This document shows positions 13,756 through 27,969 of a DNA stretch of 64,000 nucleotides, piece after piece. This stretch comes from Octopus vulgaris (lineage: Eukaryota). The stretch is taken from contig OX597815.1 in NCBI GenBank assembly GCA_951406725.2, forward strand, positions 82,336,001 through 82,400,000, in the 5' to 3' direction. The translations under genes were made by a program, and so were the position numbers. A model generated the notes under the pieces. The model was given only the letters and a program-made list of their open reading frames with translations, had not been told where the DNA came from and did no database searches. Every line of letters starts with the position of its first letter. The first letter of the stretch is position 1.

Positions 13756-14034
13756 TGGAGGCGCGGTCGTAGGATTGCTGTTTCGATTCCTAGCCTGGGC
13801 GTTGTGCGTGTTTATTGAGCGAAAACACCTAAAGCTCCACGAGGCTCCGGCAGGGGTGGTGGTGATCCCTGCTTTACTCTTTCGCCGCAGCTTTCTCTCA
13901 CTCTTTCTTCTGTTGGCCTGCTCGCTTAGCCTGCGGGGTGGCGTCATTTGAAGGCTAAAACAATGCGAAGCGCATTGTGACCAGCGATGTGTAGCAACAT
14001 CTGATAGTCTGGTAGGTCACGGTGATCACCGTGA
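13756..14034 (+). mobile_element. SINE family D (tRNA-derived head), tail type 1
   Basis: tggaggcgc...ttcgattcc...gagcgaaaacacctaaagctccacgaggctccggcaggg...gcgcattgtgaccagcgatgtgtagcaacatctgatag; part of the head is deleted. Confidence 0.85.
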
Positions 14035-14169
14035 TATACATATATATATTTATAGATATATCCTTATATATTTGTATATATTTATATATATATATATATA
14101 TATACATACACATATATATATATATGTATATGCATACATATATACATATATATGCATATATATATATAG

Positions 14170-14214
<45 letters not shown>

Positions 14215-14799
14215 TGTGTGTGTCTATTAGAAGTTTCGAGGAAGTAATAAAGTGATGCATAAGTACTCAGTTTTCAGTGCATGGCATCTTACAGCAGAAA
14301 CACCTGTAAACCAATGAAATTCATTGCATAATTTCCTCTTTTTTAGGCATTTAATTTCAAACTATATATACACGTACATACATACATACAGACATCTATA
14401 AATACACACACACACATGTATATATAAATAGCTTCAACTATCTTCAGCAGCAGCAGCAGTAGCAATAGTAATAATATTTGGAGAAGTGGGGGTGTAGGCT
14501 AAGCTTTTCGTGGTGGAGTTGTGGGTGGTTTGTAGTGGCGTCGCTCGTGGCTGGTGTGGTGGTGATAGTAGTGGTTATGATATGATCGGTATTGTTGCGT
14601 GGGGGATCCCATCAATGTAAAATTAAAGGTGTCAGTTAGGTGTCAGCAAAATTACTGGCCTCAGGTGTCGCAAACTACGTACCTGCCAATGTACGAAATG
14701 TTTGCTTCGCGTATACTTGTCTTATGTACATGGAAACTTTATACATACACACATTCATACTTTCTCACACACACACTAACACACATATGCACACCTATG

Positions 14800-14845
14800 A
14801 TATACACATACGTACATACATACATACATACATACATACATACAT

Positions 14846-14879
<34 letters not shown>

Positions 14880-14953
14880 CATATATATATACATACATAC
14901 ATATATATATACATATATATATATATATACATACATGTATATATATATGTATA

Positions 14954-15013
<60 letters not shown>
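14800..15013. repeat. (TACA)n/(TA)n mosaic
   Basis: Directly visible. Confidence 0.9.
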
Positions 15014-15014
<1 letters not shown>

Positions 15015-15239
15015 GGTTAGTTTGTTTTTATGTTATAAATATTTTTACATTAACTAGAAGGATTACTCAATACATTTCGTAGAGTATAAATTATTATCCT
15101 TTGACAAGAAAAGTATTGAGAGTGACTTCGAAGGTTCGACCAACAAATCCATCATCGGGCATATCTATAAAGAAGTTCTTTTATATCCACATACATCCAG
15201 TGCCGAATATACATGTACATATACGCACGCACGCACGCA

Positions 15240-15378
<139 letters not shown>

Positions 15379-16062
15379 GTGTGCGCATATACATACCTTC
15401 ATACAAACACGCCCGTATCCCCGAATAGCCACGTACAAATATATGTCGTATGCTGGTAAACTGGATTACTTCTTGAAAGCTCGGTTCGTTAACTTTACGA
15501 AATCTTTAGTTTCCAACATAATCAATCCGATTTTCTGAACTTCTATCACATGTTTGTATTGATCACTTCGCGTTTTTGGACTAAAAAGCATTCAAGCGTA
15601 CAAATAAATCAATCCATCCATCCGTACATTTATGCATTCATTCTTAGATATCTCCCATAAGCCATTCACTAGCAAGTTTGACTTGGCAAGCGTGTACCAT
15701 GCTTTCGCTAATTCTTTTCCGACATAGGTATTCTCTCGGTTTTTCCAATCTTAAAGAAGTTGGAGGGAGAGAGTACCGATACTCTTTCACGTTTTCAGTA
15801 GAGTAAACTCAAATAAAGTGAAGTGAAGTGACTTGTTCAAGAAAACTCGTCACTCACCCCAGGAAGGGTGTCCGCGATCTTATGATCTTGAACTCAAAAT
15901 TGTAAGCACTAGTCCCCATGCTTTCTACGTTAAATTGTGTATTACATGGCGGGGAAGCCAAATATTAAATTATATCTTGCTATATACGTAATTCTATTCC
16001 TTATCAACATATGTCTGTCAACGTCACATATAATATTTTGAAATAGCAATAATTGAAATATG

Positions 16063-16270
16063 TAAGGCGGCGAACTGGCAGAATCGTTCGTACGCCAGGT
16101 AAAATGCTCAGCAGTGTTTTGTCCATCTTTATGTTCTGAGTTCAAATTCCGGTAGGGAATCCTTTCATGCTTTCAGGCTCGAAAAAACAAATACCAGTTG
16201 AGTACTGGGATCGATGTAATAGATTTATTCCCTTCCCTGAAATTGCTGGTCAATTGCCAATTTGAAATCA
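16063..16270 (+). mobile_element. SINE family A
   Basis: aaggcggcgaactggcagaatcgtt...ttctgagttcaaattcc...aaattgctggtc. Confidence 0.85.
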
Positions 16271-16329
16271 ATAATTAAAATATGTGATAATTAAAATATG
16301 TGTACAAATAAACATGTTAATATTCTGGA

Positions 16330-16364
<35 letters not shown>

Positions 16365-16799
16365 TGAAGCATGCGCTGTAACAGCGCGTCGCTGCATCAT
16401 GATGGATGACACCTTTGCACTACTCAAGTGACAACTCTCCAAACCATTGGTTTGTTTTGGGTAGTCGTTGCTAGCGAGGGTTTTACGAAGTCAGAGTGCA
16501 AATTCTACCTCAATCTCTTTTAGTTGCGTTTTACGACGCGCAGAAGAAATGTGTGTATTCTTTGACGAGCCGCACTCCATACATCAATGGTACTATTGAG
16601 ACACTATAATGTGCATACCTTATAAAATTCTATTTTTGATATCTCAAGGCTTCATATACTATACAATCAGCAATGAAGAAAGTGAGATCTTTTGAAGCCA
16701 ATATGGCAAAGCGTGATGTGTTTCGAAATAGAAGCCAAACACAACAGAACAAGTGGAAAACCCAAAATTAATTGTAATACATATCTGTCCGACGCTAAA

Positions 16800-17440
16800 T
16801 TTATGATGGCGTGTTTATAGTTATACTAATATCTGGATCAAGTATGATGGCGACAATGAATCCACTAGTTAATCAACGTTTCTTTGGTGTTTCGGCTCCA
16901 GCACGGACTGAAATAATTGAAAAATGGCGTGTTTATTTGTGTCGCAAAAAGTCATGTTGGCGCATCCTTTCGTCATTTCAGTTACTCTAAGTGTACAACT
17001 GTTCCATTTGAATAAAACAATGATTCCTTGAATGGCCTACGTAAACAGAGACTTGAAAGAGAAATGCTTATCATTGCAAGAGAAAGTCACGTATGGGTAC
17101 ATAACTCGCTATCTAGAGAATTATAACACCATTAACTGGAACAGTAGATTTTCCTGCGCCAACATCATATATCACCTATATGTCTATATCTTTGCTATCC
17201 AAGAACAGAAGATAATTTCTAAATATCTGATCAACAAAAGAGAAAAGGATGCTTCTAGACATCCAAGCTTTGACAGAAATGATCGACTGAGCCATATTAG
17301 TTATCACCCATATTATCAACAACTGTCCAAAACCCATTGCTTGATACGATAGTACCAGACCATGAGATATGGCATTGTTGCTAAGACTGCCCACAATGAT
17401 ATACAGAGAAAAGGTTGTCCTGACAGACATATCTAAAGTT
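16800..17440 (+). mobile_element. Possible very old piggyBac-like transposase remnant
   Basis: Weak, frameshifted resemblance only (FHL....W.AY..RD-like segment; MRYG..near the expected Cys-rich tail). Catalytic residues not recoverable by eye. Confidence 0.25.
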
Positions 17441-17839
17441 CACCAGAGACAAGAAGTACTAACATCTTTCAAAATATAGACAACTGGTGGAAGATTCCAA
17501 TAATGCCAGGTTTTGCCGTTTGGTACAGAGTGCAAAAGTCATGCAATGTCGTACGAGATCAACTGCCGGCTGGATGTGAATGTCTCGACAAAAGTTTGGG
17601 TAAAAGAGAATTTCTATGGAGAATTAATGAGAAATCTACATCGCTTATATCCATGCTATAGATTTTCATTTTCATTCTAGTGACTTGAAACATGAGCCAC
17701 GAGGAAAATATTCTGTTACAATAAATCATTTGCTCTACAGTTTGTGCTGAACAATCCACTTTCAAATAGTTCGACAAAATTAGAGTGGCACACACACACA
17801 CACATGCACACACATATATACATGCATATACACATAGAC

Positions 17840-17890
<51 letters not shown>

Positions 17891-18002
17891 CTTACATATA
17901 CATATTATATACATATATATCTACATACACATATTATATATATATATACATATACATATTTATATACATATATTCATCTACACACACATATTATGATATA
18001 TG

Positions 18003-18073
<71 letters not shown>

Positions 18074-18107
18074 AGGTTTGAAAATGCTATATTAAAAGAT
18101 GTTTATT

Positions 18108-18151
18108 CACTTGACCGGTTTCACTTTTTTAGAAAAAGATTGTCAAAAGTA
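18108..18151 (-). ncRNA. Minimal type I hammerhead-like motif, U3-A8 core variant
   Basis: Minus strand tactt TTGACAA tctttttctaaaaaagt GAAA ccgg TC aagtg: stem I tactt/aagtg, palindromic stem III accggt, GUC site; followed by aataaa, then (TA)n about 40 bp downstream. Confidence 0.55.
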
Positions 18152-18979
18152 AAATGTAAAAGCTTTGTAAAAACTTTGTTGTGTTAAGTACTGGTTGTCA
18201 CAGTGGTATTGAAATATATATATACATTCTTTGATAATAATAAGAAAATGTTAAAACAGTTGTTTTAATATTTTCTTATTATGTATATATATATGCATAT
18301 ATACATACATGCACTTACATATATATGTATATATATATGCATAAATAGGTACAGGATGTTACAAAACGTAAACAACATGATATACGAAGGCAAACCTTTT
18401 TGTGAACAACAAGAGAAACAAATGGAAAACAAAACAAGTAACATAAAAAAACGACCCTTCATAAGTTGTCGGCTGTTTATCTACTCCACATTTCGAGCAA
18501 TTAGCAATATGTGCTTTCGAGAAAATAATTGCTCCTGCGAACCAAAATAAAATTTGGGATTTGCGGAGGGTCAAAGCCGGTAACAAAAACGGAACAGCGA
18601 AACAAGCAGTGAGGGCTGCTAAGCTAGACGAAGTAAGGTGGCGAACGCTAGAAGAACATTCTTTGACTGGAGAAAAGATAGGAGAGGAGACAGACAGGTT
18701 CCCTTCTGGTCTGTACGACAGACCGAAGGGAAAGAAATATGATCACGTGAGGAGAAGAAGGATGGACGATAGCCACGTGTGAGCAACGAGAGAGTAAGGG
18801 AGGAGCAAAGAGAGAGAGAGAGAGAGAGGGACATATAGAAAATGGTAAAGGGGAGAAAAAGGAATTAGAGAAAGGATGAGAGAGAAAATAAACGAAATGG
18901 GGAAAAGGGGAGAAAAAAGAATTAGAGAAAGGAAGAGAGAGAAAACGAAAGGGAAGAGAGAGAGAGAGAGAGAACAGTA

Positions 18980-19221
18980 CAGGGCAGAGTCGCAGATTTG
19001 GTCAAAAGTCACCCGACAGTAAATTAAAATTCCATAAATACTTAATATTCAACTTTATTCATTTGGAAAAATGTGTCGTTCAAGAAGGATTTCAGTTTGA
19101 ACAATTTTGATGATGTTTCATATTTAGATGCTTTTATTAAATTCATTCAGTTGTTAAACATAAATAAATCTTGGAATTAAGTGGTTTTGATTTACTGTGA
19201 GGTGACTTTTGGCCAACCCTG
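18980..19221. mobile_element. Tc1/mariner-type MITE
   Basis: TA|caggg...ttggtcaaaagtcacccgacagtaaatt versus atttactgtgaggtgacttttggccaaccctg|TA. Imperfect TIRs (left one interrupted) with TA on both sides. Confidence 0.75.
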
Positions 19222-19222
19222 T

Positions 19223-19262
<40 letters not shown>

Positions 19263-19855
19263 ATTGAAGTAGATCGCATCTCGATCGAACCTATGCCATA
19301 GACAGTACTTTCGATAATATTTTTCTGTTATTGGACATACTTCTATTCTTCTTAACCTCTTCATACCATATATGAAATGCTAGGCGACAAAGACATACTA
19401 ACCTTACCATTCATATCTTTAATTTATCTATGTAGTCTAAAGATTTATCTCATCGACTATTCTGTTGTTTTTCTCTTCACATTTCCTCCCATTTTCTCTT
19501 TTACCTCTCTCTCCACCTCTCTCTCTCTTTCTCTTTCTCTCTTTTTCCTTCTCTTTTTCTCTCTTTCTCTCTCCCACCCCACTTCTTTCTCCACTATTTC
19601 TTTCTCATTACTAATGCTTTCCGCATAAAGCAACATCCGACTTTTCCTGAGAATATATGTCACTATGTTACGATGTCACTTTTCAATGAAATTAAGATTT
19701 GTATATAGATTATACTCAACTCCACCTTCTCCTCACTCAATCCTATTTTAACATCACCCCCCCCTTCCCTTTCATACCTACTCTCATTCTCTATACATTA
19801 TCACCTTCGTCATTAACACTATTATTAGCGACAACCTCCTCCTTCTCCTCTTACA

Positions 19856-19914
<59 letters not shown>

Positions 19915-20270
19915 AATTGTTACAAATTAATATATGCATGTACATATATGTATTCTTGTTAACAGTTAATCTTGTAATACAGCGGATTCTTGGCATCATC
20001 TCCACTGACAATACCAACATAGCAAGCAACTTCACCTATAGAAACATCAACAACAACAATAAAACCATTCACAGTTGCAGCAGCAGCATCAGTAGCAGCA
20101 ACAACACCATCAATACACAGAAGACCACCATCAACAATGTCAAAAATAACTGCAGAATCAATAGCAAATAAATCGAAAAGTCGACCATAAATAAACAAAA
20201 TTCTTCAAAATGTTGTGTTGCATAACATGTTGCTAATGATGATAATGATAGCATTGTTGTTAATAATATC

Positions 20271-20326
<56 letters not shown>

Positions 20327-20339
20327 CAACAACAACAAC

Positions 20340-20370
<31 letters not shown>
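20271..20370. repeat. (AAT)n/(AAC)n microsatellite
   Basis: Directly visible. Confidence 0.95.
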
Positions 20371-20793
20371 GTAATAATGACACAGGTTATACAATAACAA
20401 AAAATATAATAAAACAAGTGATAACACAATAGCTTCTTTTAAACATTGTATTACGTATTTCTTTTTAAAATTTCAGTGAAAGTAATTTGAAGAAATACAA
20501 TAAGTTTTGAGAATTAGTTAAACGTGAAAATGAATGAAAACATGGTAAAAAAAAAAAGAAAAACTACGCAAGAAACTGAAAAATAAATCTTTGTTACAAA
20601 TCGAATGAAAATAAGAAATCAAAGATTGCCATAGATTTCGTATTTCTGAAACTGTGCCGATATATCTATGAAGAAGTTGTTGTTCTTGTTGAAGATAATG
20701 GTACGATGATAATGGTGATGAAGTTTTTTGAAGATTTCTTTTTGTCTTTTTTTATAGGAACAAAGGCAGTAGTTATGTCATCGCTTCAGTACT

Positions 20794-21103
20794 GTGGAGG
20801 CACATGGCCTTGTGGTTAGAACAGCGGACTCGTAGTCGTGGGATCGTGGGTTCGAATCTCAGACCAAGCGATGTGTGTGTTTATGAGCGAAACACCTAAG
20901 CTCCACGCGGCTCTGGTAGAAGGTAATGGCGAACTTCTGCTGACTCTTTCGCCACAACTTTCCCTCACTCTTTCCTCCTGCATCTAGCTGCTCACCTGCG
21001 ACGAACCGGCGTCCTGTCAAGATAGGGGATCTATACACCAATAAAGCCTGGAAACCGACCCTAATGAGCCAGGCGTGGCTCGAGAAGGAACAAATAGCAA
21101 CGT
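20794..21103 (+). mobile_element. SINE family D head with tail type 2 (V-domain-like), TSD present
   Basis: tggaggcacatggccttgtggttagaacagcggactcg...ggttcgaatctc; tail cctgcgacgaaccggcgtcctgtc. Direct repeat gcttcagtact at 20783-20793 and 21107-21117. Confidence 0.85.
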
Positions 21104-21489
21104 ATTGCTTCAGTACTAGACTCTTTCTTCAGATGAAAGACAAAATCCACCTCGGGAGAGAGTCGGAAGAAATACTGTGAATCATTTTGTCCGACGCTTT
21201 AACGATTCTGCCAAATCTCCGCCTGTAATTATTTTTAATTCAGTCACAAGGCAAGCAATGTTCAGAGTCATGTGCTGGTAAATACCATCGATCTCCGTTG
21301 GATGGTACTTTATTTTATTGAACCCGAAAGAATGAACCAGAAAGTTGACCGTGGCGAGATTTGAACTCAGATAATAAAAAGCCGTAACTAAATATCATTT
21401 CTAGCTATTTCATGTCATGAGCTCTAACTAAACACCTCTGATTAGATATTCCAATATATTTTGTTCGATGCTCACAAGGCCAGCTATAT

Positions 21490-21709
21490 TCTTTTCTTTT
21501 CTACTCTAGGTATAAGGCCCGGAATTTTGGGGGAGGGGGCCAGTCGATTAGATCGACCCCAGTACACAACTGATACTTAATTTACCGACCCCGAAAGGAT
21601 GAAAAACAAGTCGACCTCGGCGGAATTTGAACTTAGAACGTAAAGATAGACGAAATACTGCTAAGTATTTCGCCCGGTGTGCTCACACTTATGCTAGCTC
21701 GCCGCCTTA
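21490..21709 (-). mobile_element. SINE family A, within a cluster of diverged partial copies (about 21130-22030)
   Basis: Reverse complement aaggcggcgagctagc...ttcaaattccgccgaggtcgac...atcctttcggggtcggtaaattaag. Confidence 0.85.
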
Positions 21710-22299
21710 CAAGGCCAGCAATAGTGAGGAGAGGTATAGTCGGTTCGATCAATCCCAGTTCTGTACAAGTTCTTACTTTATCTATCTGGTAAGGATGAAA
21801 GCCAATGCCGGCCTCGAGAGTATTTGAACTAAGAACGTAAGCCATTTTGTGCGGTGCTCTAGCGAGCCTGTCAATCAGTTACTCTTTAATATTTCCGATT
21901 TAAACACAAAGCCAGTACCTTCGAGGTGAGTGAAGTTAGACGATTACATCAACAACGCTACTCATCGACCCTGGGGATATAAAAAGCAGAGATGAACTCG
22001 GCGGGGTTTTCGCGTTAAGAGTCAGAAGAAATACCTTCAGGGATCTGGTCCGAATTCTCCTACGATCCAGGAGTAGGGTGTCGAATGAAGTAAAATTACA
22101 AAGGCAGGTGACGTATGACGTAAAGTGTGAAACTTTATATAAAATCAGATGAAGAAAAAGGGACTTAAAAGTATACTAAGTATAAATACATCGTATTTAA
22201 ATACTGCCAATTAGGTCCAATCAGAGAGCTCCAGAGATACAAGACCACAATGACACTAAGGACAAGTGTTCTACCCAACCTGTTGCCTTCCGAAATACA

Positions 22300-22668
22300 A
22301 GTGGCTGTGTGATAAAAAAGCTTGCTTCCTAGCCACATGATTCAGGGTTCAGTCACACTGCATTGCACCCCGGTTCAACCAAAGCCTTGTGAGTGAATTT
22401 GATAGATTAAAACTGAAAGAAGCTTCTCGCATATATGTATATATATCTATGTGCGTGTCTTTGCTTTGTAGCTGTGTTTCTCCTTCCCTCCGCTTGACAA
22501 CCGGTGGTGGTGTATTTACATCCTCGTTCGGCATAAGAAACCGATAAAATAAGTACCAGGCTTTTAAAATATAAACACTGCGGTCGATACATTTGACTGA
22601 AAGTACTTGAAAGCAGTGCCCCAGCATGGCTGCAGCCTAATGACTGAAACTAATAAAAGATAAAAGAA
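22300..22668 (+). mobile_element. SINE family B
   Basis: gtggctgtgtgataaaaaagcttgcttcc...ggttcagtc...aaagccttgtgagtgaattt...ccagcatggctgcagcctaatgactgaaac. Confidence 0.85.
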
Positions 22669-22679
22669 AGGATCAGTTC

Positions 22680-23283
22680 CATTTGCCACAATAATCGACC
22701 TGCTGACATTTTCCCTGGGAAGGGATTTTTCTGTCCAACCTCACCCACTTTCCAACTGGAACTTGAAAAATACAATGAGGGTCAACCAAAGAGGAAATGT
22801 TCTAGACATTTCATCCTCATGTACCACACATCACCTTTCATCAAAGCCACCAGAGAAATATCGGCTTCTCTACCGATTATCAGCAACCTGCAGAGTAGTT
22901 TCAAGATGGACTCGATTAATAAACGGATCTGTCTTATTTCGTAAGAAAAACATCACAAATCAGCAAATAACAGATTTCGATCGAATGAGTACCCAACAGT
23001 TTCGTCCCTCAATGCGCATCTGAGGTATTCCCTGCCTGAGATTACCTGCATTTCTGAAGAGTTTATCTTGGCTCAGCTCTGGGAGAGAGTAACAGAAAGG
23101 CACGCCTTACCGTCTCTTCTTGACGGGGAACGGAGACCACATCAAATGACTATCAACATTTCTGCAGATGGCGCTGCTTGGGAGCAGGCCATAGAATGCT
23201 ATGTCTGCCTTGCAGAACGCATTTGGCAGCAGATTGACAGCTTGATCAGTGCATGGCATCCCTTCCACAGGAAGCAGATCTGA
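22680..23283 (+). mobile_element. Decayed RTE-like LINE 3' remnant
   Basis: Translation ...EFILAQLWERV...ADGAAWEQAI loosely matches the RTE C-terminal PK.IL.GQL...A.DR..WR pattern; many disruptions. Confidence 0.35.
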
Positions 23284-23550
23284 TACGTAATACTTTGACT
23301 ATTTTTATACACGCTCTCCCCCCACGCACACACACACACATACAAATACACAAATCCACGTGCAAACAGGCACACATTCACAAACACACGTATGCATCAT
23401 AAATCTCAAACATGCCAAACCTCATATGGAGACAAAATACACAGACGTGAAATGCGTATAGAAATATGTGCAAAGGATGCATATAATACATTCATACATA
23501 CACACATACATACATACATACATACATACATACATACATACATACATACA

Positions 23551-23583
<33 letters not shown>

Positions 23584-24115
23584 GCAAGCATACAATATAT
23601 ACATACATGCATGCATACGTAGATACATTCCCACAATATAAGTATGTGCAGGTCTGCATGTATATTTATATGGATGTATGCATAAACTCCTTACATATAA
23701 AGCAAATAAAGTATATCAGACAGGTACCCGCACAACACATTTGCTTCAAACACGCTAAACTGATTCGAAATACGCATATAGATGCTCGCACACACAAACA
23801 GCCTCATTCAACCTCTCACAAGGCACACGCACGCAAGTACATATGAAATAGAAACAGAGAGCCGGAAGGGAAGGTGAGGAAGAGAGGTATAAAAAGAGTA
23901 ATAGGGAAGGAGAGAACACAAAACAAACTAACGTATTAAGCAAGCCATATATCATACAAACAAGACAGTTTATTTAACAAACGCACTCTTCTACATATGC
24001 AGACGCACTCGCCTACATATATATATATATATATATATATAAATAACTATATATGTGTGCTTATGCATACATACACACATATAAATACATGCACTCACAA
24101 ATACGGACGTACATA

Positions 24116-24173
<58 letters not shown>

Positions 24174-25699
24174 AGCAAGCATACACACTCACTTCTTTAG
24201 ACAGGAATGTAATATAGCGTTAACAAGAGTTTTGAAAGATTCCAATGTCAAAATCATGTCTTTCCAAATTTGCCTAAGACTTTACATAGTTTCCTATGTT
24301 GAGTCTTGACAGGCGACACAATAATCACTCAGTATTGTCATAAAGCAGATTGGCTTTTGGCAACGTCGGAGGTGATGGGTGAGAAAGTTTTAAGGTAGAG
24401 CACCGGGCTACCCGTGTATTGATGTATTAGCGTTTTGTTCCTCATGTTTCGTGTTTACCTCACCACCTACCCATACTACGAGCAATGGTATCGCCAGGAA
24501 GAGATTTCCTAAAAGGTAATATTCAGGAAAACTGAATATAAAGATATAATCTATTTCATATTGCAAACATGTAATTTTCCTAACCTCATTGGCTTAGTAT
24601 ATTCAAGAAGTGTAATCGCTTCTTTTGTCGTGAAAGTGTATGGCCTAGATACACTTTCAATACACATGGCCTGCAGATCACCAGTCAGAAGGACATATGT
24701 TCCTTTTCTGAACCAGGTGGTGCATGATATCCTTGAGCAAGGCACTTTATTTAGCATTACTCTTATCTATTCAACAGAAAATGATTACCAGCTAAGTGAC
24801 GGTGCTGTACTTTCTTCTTGAAGCTGTAACATACTCGATGTTCTGCAGGGCCAAAGAGTGTGAGGGTCGGGAAGTTGTCTATATCTGCTCACAACAATCT
24901 ATCCCCTACTCCAATTAGCAAAAGCATGGTATTTGCTTATAGGTCATACTCGCTCGTGAGTGACGGCTAGGTTTATGCTTTTTATTGTTGTGTGTTAGTG
25001 ACAACAATAACAGCAGCCTAAACATTTGGTCATATATTTTGGTGGAGGGAAATGTTAGCAGAAATAAAAAAAAAAAGTCTACACAACAAAGTACATATAA
25101 CACGTCAGAGTTAATTGAGTAGACCTTCATGAAGGTAAAGTATATCACACACACACACACCCACCCACACACACACACACGCGCACACACACACACACGC
25201 ACATACATCCACATACATCCACACACACATACAACCACAACAACAACGGTAACGAAGTCAACAACAATGACAACAACAATAATAAAGACGACGAAGACAA
25301 CTACAACAGCAACAACAACGATAGCAACATAACCAACAAGAAGGAAACAGCAACAACAGCGATGACAATAATAACAACACCAGCAACGACCACAAGAACG
25401 ACGACAACAACAACTTCAACAACAACAATAAGTGTCAGTGCAGCCATTTGGTCCCACATTCCTGTGGCGACCAGTAATACGAGAAATGATAAGACGAACA
25501 AGCTTTATCAATATTCACACTTCCTTCAGACAATATAATATATAGAACTGTGAATGGTGCTGCTCAGTCATACGGTTAGCAGGTACCCTAACTAATTAAT
25601 GAGGGTTTTGTTGCTTAGCTGTCAAATCGATAAATGCGAAAGTGTTTTTTTGAACAATATATTTAATATTTTATTTAAAGAAACTATGTTATGCAATAT

Positions 25700-25915
25700 A
25701 TTTTATCTTCTACTCGTTTCAGTTACTGGACTACGACCATGCTGGTGCACCGCCTTGAAGCATTTTAGTCGAGCGAATAGACATCAGTACGTAATCTTTT
25801 TTTAATGCTGATACTTATGCTATCGGTGCCTTTAAGCAAACCGCTAAGTTACGAAGAAGTAAACACACCAACAGCGGTTGTCAAGCAGTGCTGGGGGGTC
25901 AAACAAAGACACAAG

Positions 25916-25972
<57 letters not shown>

Positions 25973-26100
25973 GACACAAAGACATGTATACGACGGACTC
26001 CTTTCAGATTCGTCTATCAAATGTACACGCAAGGCTTTGGTTGGTCTGGGGCTACAATAGAAAACGCAGTGGGATTGAACCTGGAACCATGTGGTTGTTC
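25700..26100 (-). mobile_element. SINE family B with internal (CA)n expansion
   Basis: Reverse complement of accacatggttccaggttcaatcccactgcg...gaccaaccaaagccttgcg...aaggcggtgcaccagcatggtcg...tgaaacgag. Confidence 0.8.
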
Positions 26101-26399
26101 TTACCACTCGGTTACGCTTACTCCCATATATAAAAGTAGTTTACAGCCAAAGCACCTCCAAATCGTAGCTTAAAATTCACTACACTCCATAATATCTTGC
26201 ACATTTATGTCCGAAGCCACAATTGGTTAGCCACGGCTGTCACGTCTTTGATTAGTCATGCGTTCGATTAGAATTGATCTATGATTTAAGCAAAACTAAT
26301 ATAACATGTAATAAGAATGTCATCAAGAATACCAACATACCCATAGTTAGATGCAGCATCAATACCATTAGACATTAATAGATATAGCACCAATAATAT

Positions 26400-26535
26400 T
26401 GACCCCGCCGCCGAGATCGACTTTGCTTTTCATCCTTTCGAGATTGATAAAATAGGTACCAGTTGAATACTGTGGTCGATGTAATCGATTTATCATGTGC
26501 CTCGAAATTGCTAACCCTGTGCCAAAATTTGAAAC
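26400..26535 (+). mobile_element. SINE family A, 5'-truncated
   Basis: ccgccgagatcgactttgcttttcatcctttcg...gtgccaaaatttgaaacc. Confidence 0.8.
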
Positions 26536-27054
26536 CGATGTTACTGATGCCGTTACCATTAACCATAATACCAATGATGTTCAATGTAGCACTAACATTG
26601 CTAAACTGTACCCATTTATAGCGAGAAAACGAAGGGACACTGAACGTGGTAGCTCCACCAGGCGGGTATTGTAGCTAAGTCTCCCCGATATTATATGAAA
26701 GACTATTTTAAATGACAAAAGAAAGACATAGATAATATAGCTGTAAGCACATTTAAAACATGATTATCATGGCTGAGATGTGTCCGATCATAGTTCTTCT
26801 GGATCGAACTTAGCCGAAGTGTACATGCAGCAACAGCCACATGTGACACCAATAGCAGAAATAGCAGTCAAATATGCATCAAATCAACCCCGCATTCTTA
26901 AACAAGGAAGGACGCATTCAGCGATATATTGTTGGATGCCACTAGACGGACGAGATAGTCATGGCTGGAATAGTTTGATCATAGATGCATTTCATTAGAA
27001 TTGACTTAGGTTTAGACAGTTGCAACAAGGTGTAATAGAAACAAACGAATGCGA

Positions 27055-27760
27055 CTGTACGTGGTCGGCCCACCTGCTTGAAACAACAACCAAATCTATT
27101 TCAAATTACATCCTACCGTCTTAAATACAGAAAAGACACGTCAGATAGTGTAACACGTGATCCTCTTAAAACTGATGGGATAGTTACACATCGAATGCTA
27201 ATCTAAGGTGATTTTTATTTTTGTCGGCGCTGAGTTAGCAATAAGAAGAGAAAATAAGTGTTGCTTAAATACTAAAAGAACCTTTATGTGGTTACTCAAG
27301 TTGCTAGAAATCTCAGCCAAAAATGATTCAAATTACTTCTTACAGTCTTGGAAAAAGAACGAAAACATCAGACATTGCTGTCTTTCATACAGTTAAAAAG
27401 AACAAGATTGTAATGTTTTGAATACCTTTGATTAAAAGTCTACTAACTCCTAGTTGACCCAGATCTAAAGAATATCACCGCTAAACATTACCAACAACAA
27501 AGCGGCAGCAAATATAACTTCATTATCACTAACCAAAGTTAGGATCAACGGGGGACCCTGTACGTGGTCTCTCGATATGATAAATATGGCAACCAAATCT
27601 TCTTCAAATCACATCTATAGTGTCATCAAAAATGAAGCACACATTGGGTCGTGTTTGTAGTCCTAGCTACGTTATAACGCAGAAAAAAAATGAAATATAC
27701 ACTAAAATGCGTTTGCTAATGGTTCTGCTGGCTCATGCCTTGCCTAGGGTTAAATAACTG
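27055..27760 (-). mobile_element. Cluster of old family C repeats
   Basis: Recurring ctgcttgaaa/ttgctagaaa...ccaaatct...tcaaatcaca motifs, reverse-complementary to 2335-2535. Confidence 0.45.
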
Positions 27761-27969
27761 CAATAGCACCGTTGATAACATAACAACAATAACAGGTACA
27801 GTATAAACATCATTAAACAATACTAGGTATAACAAGAATACCAACGCCACTAGCACCATCAACCATGCTAGCACATTAAACATGCGAGCACAACAACGAG
27901 GAAGTGTGATTACCCGGCCCTCCACTAGGATTTTTAGGAAGCAAATAATCTCATATTACAGCCTACTGT

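Noticed and set aside
15060-15165. Hammerhead-like ccgatga...gaaa on the minus strand (similar weak motifs near 47905, 56175 and 62110)
   Set aside because: Core or stems are too degenerate to support a call by eye.
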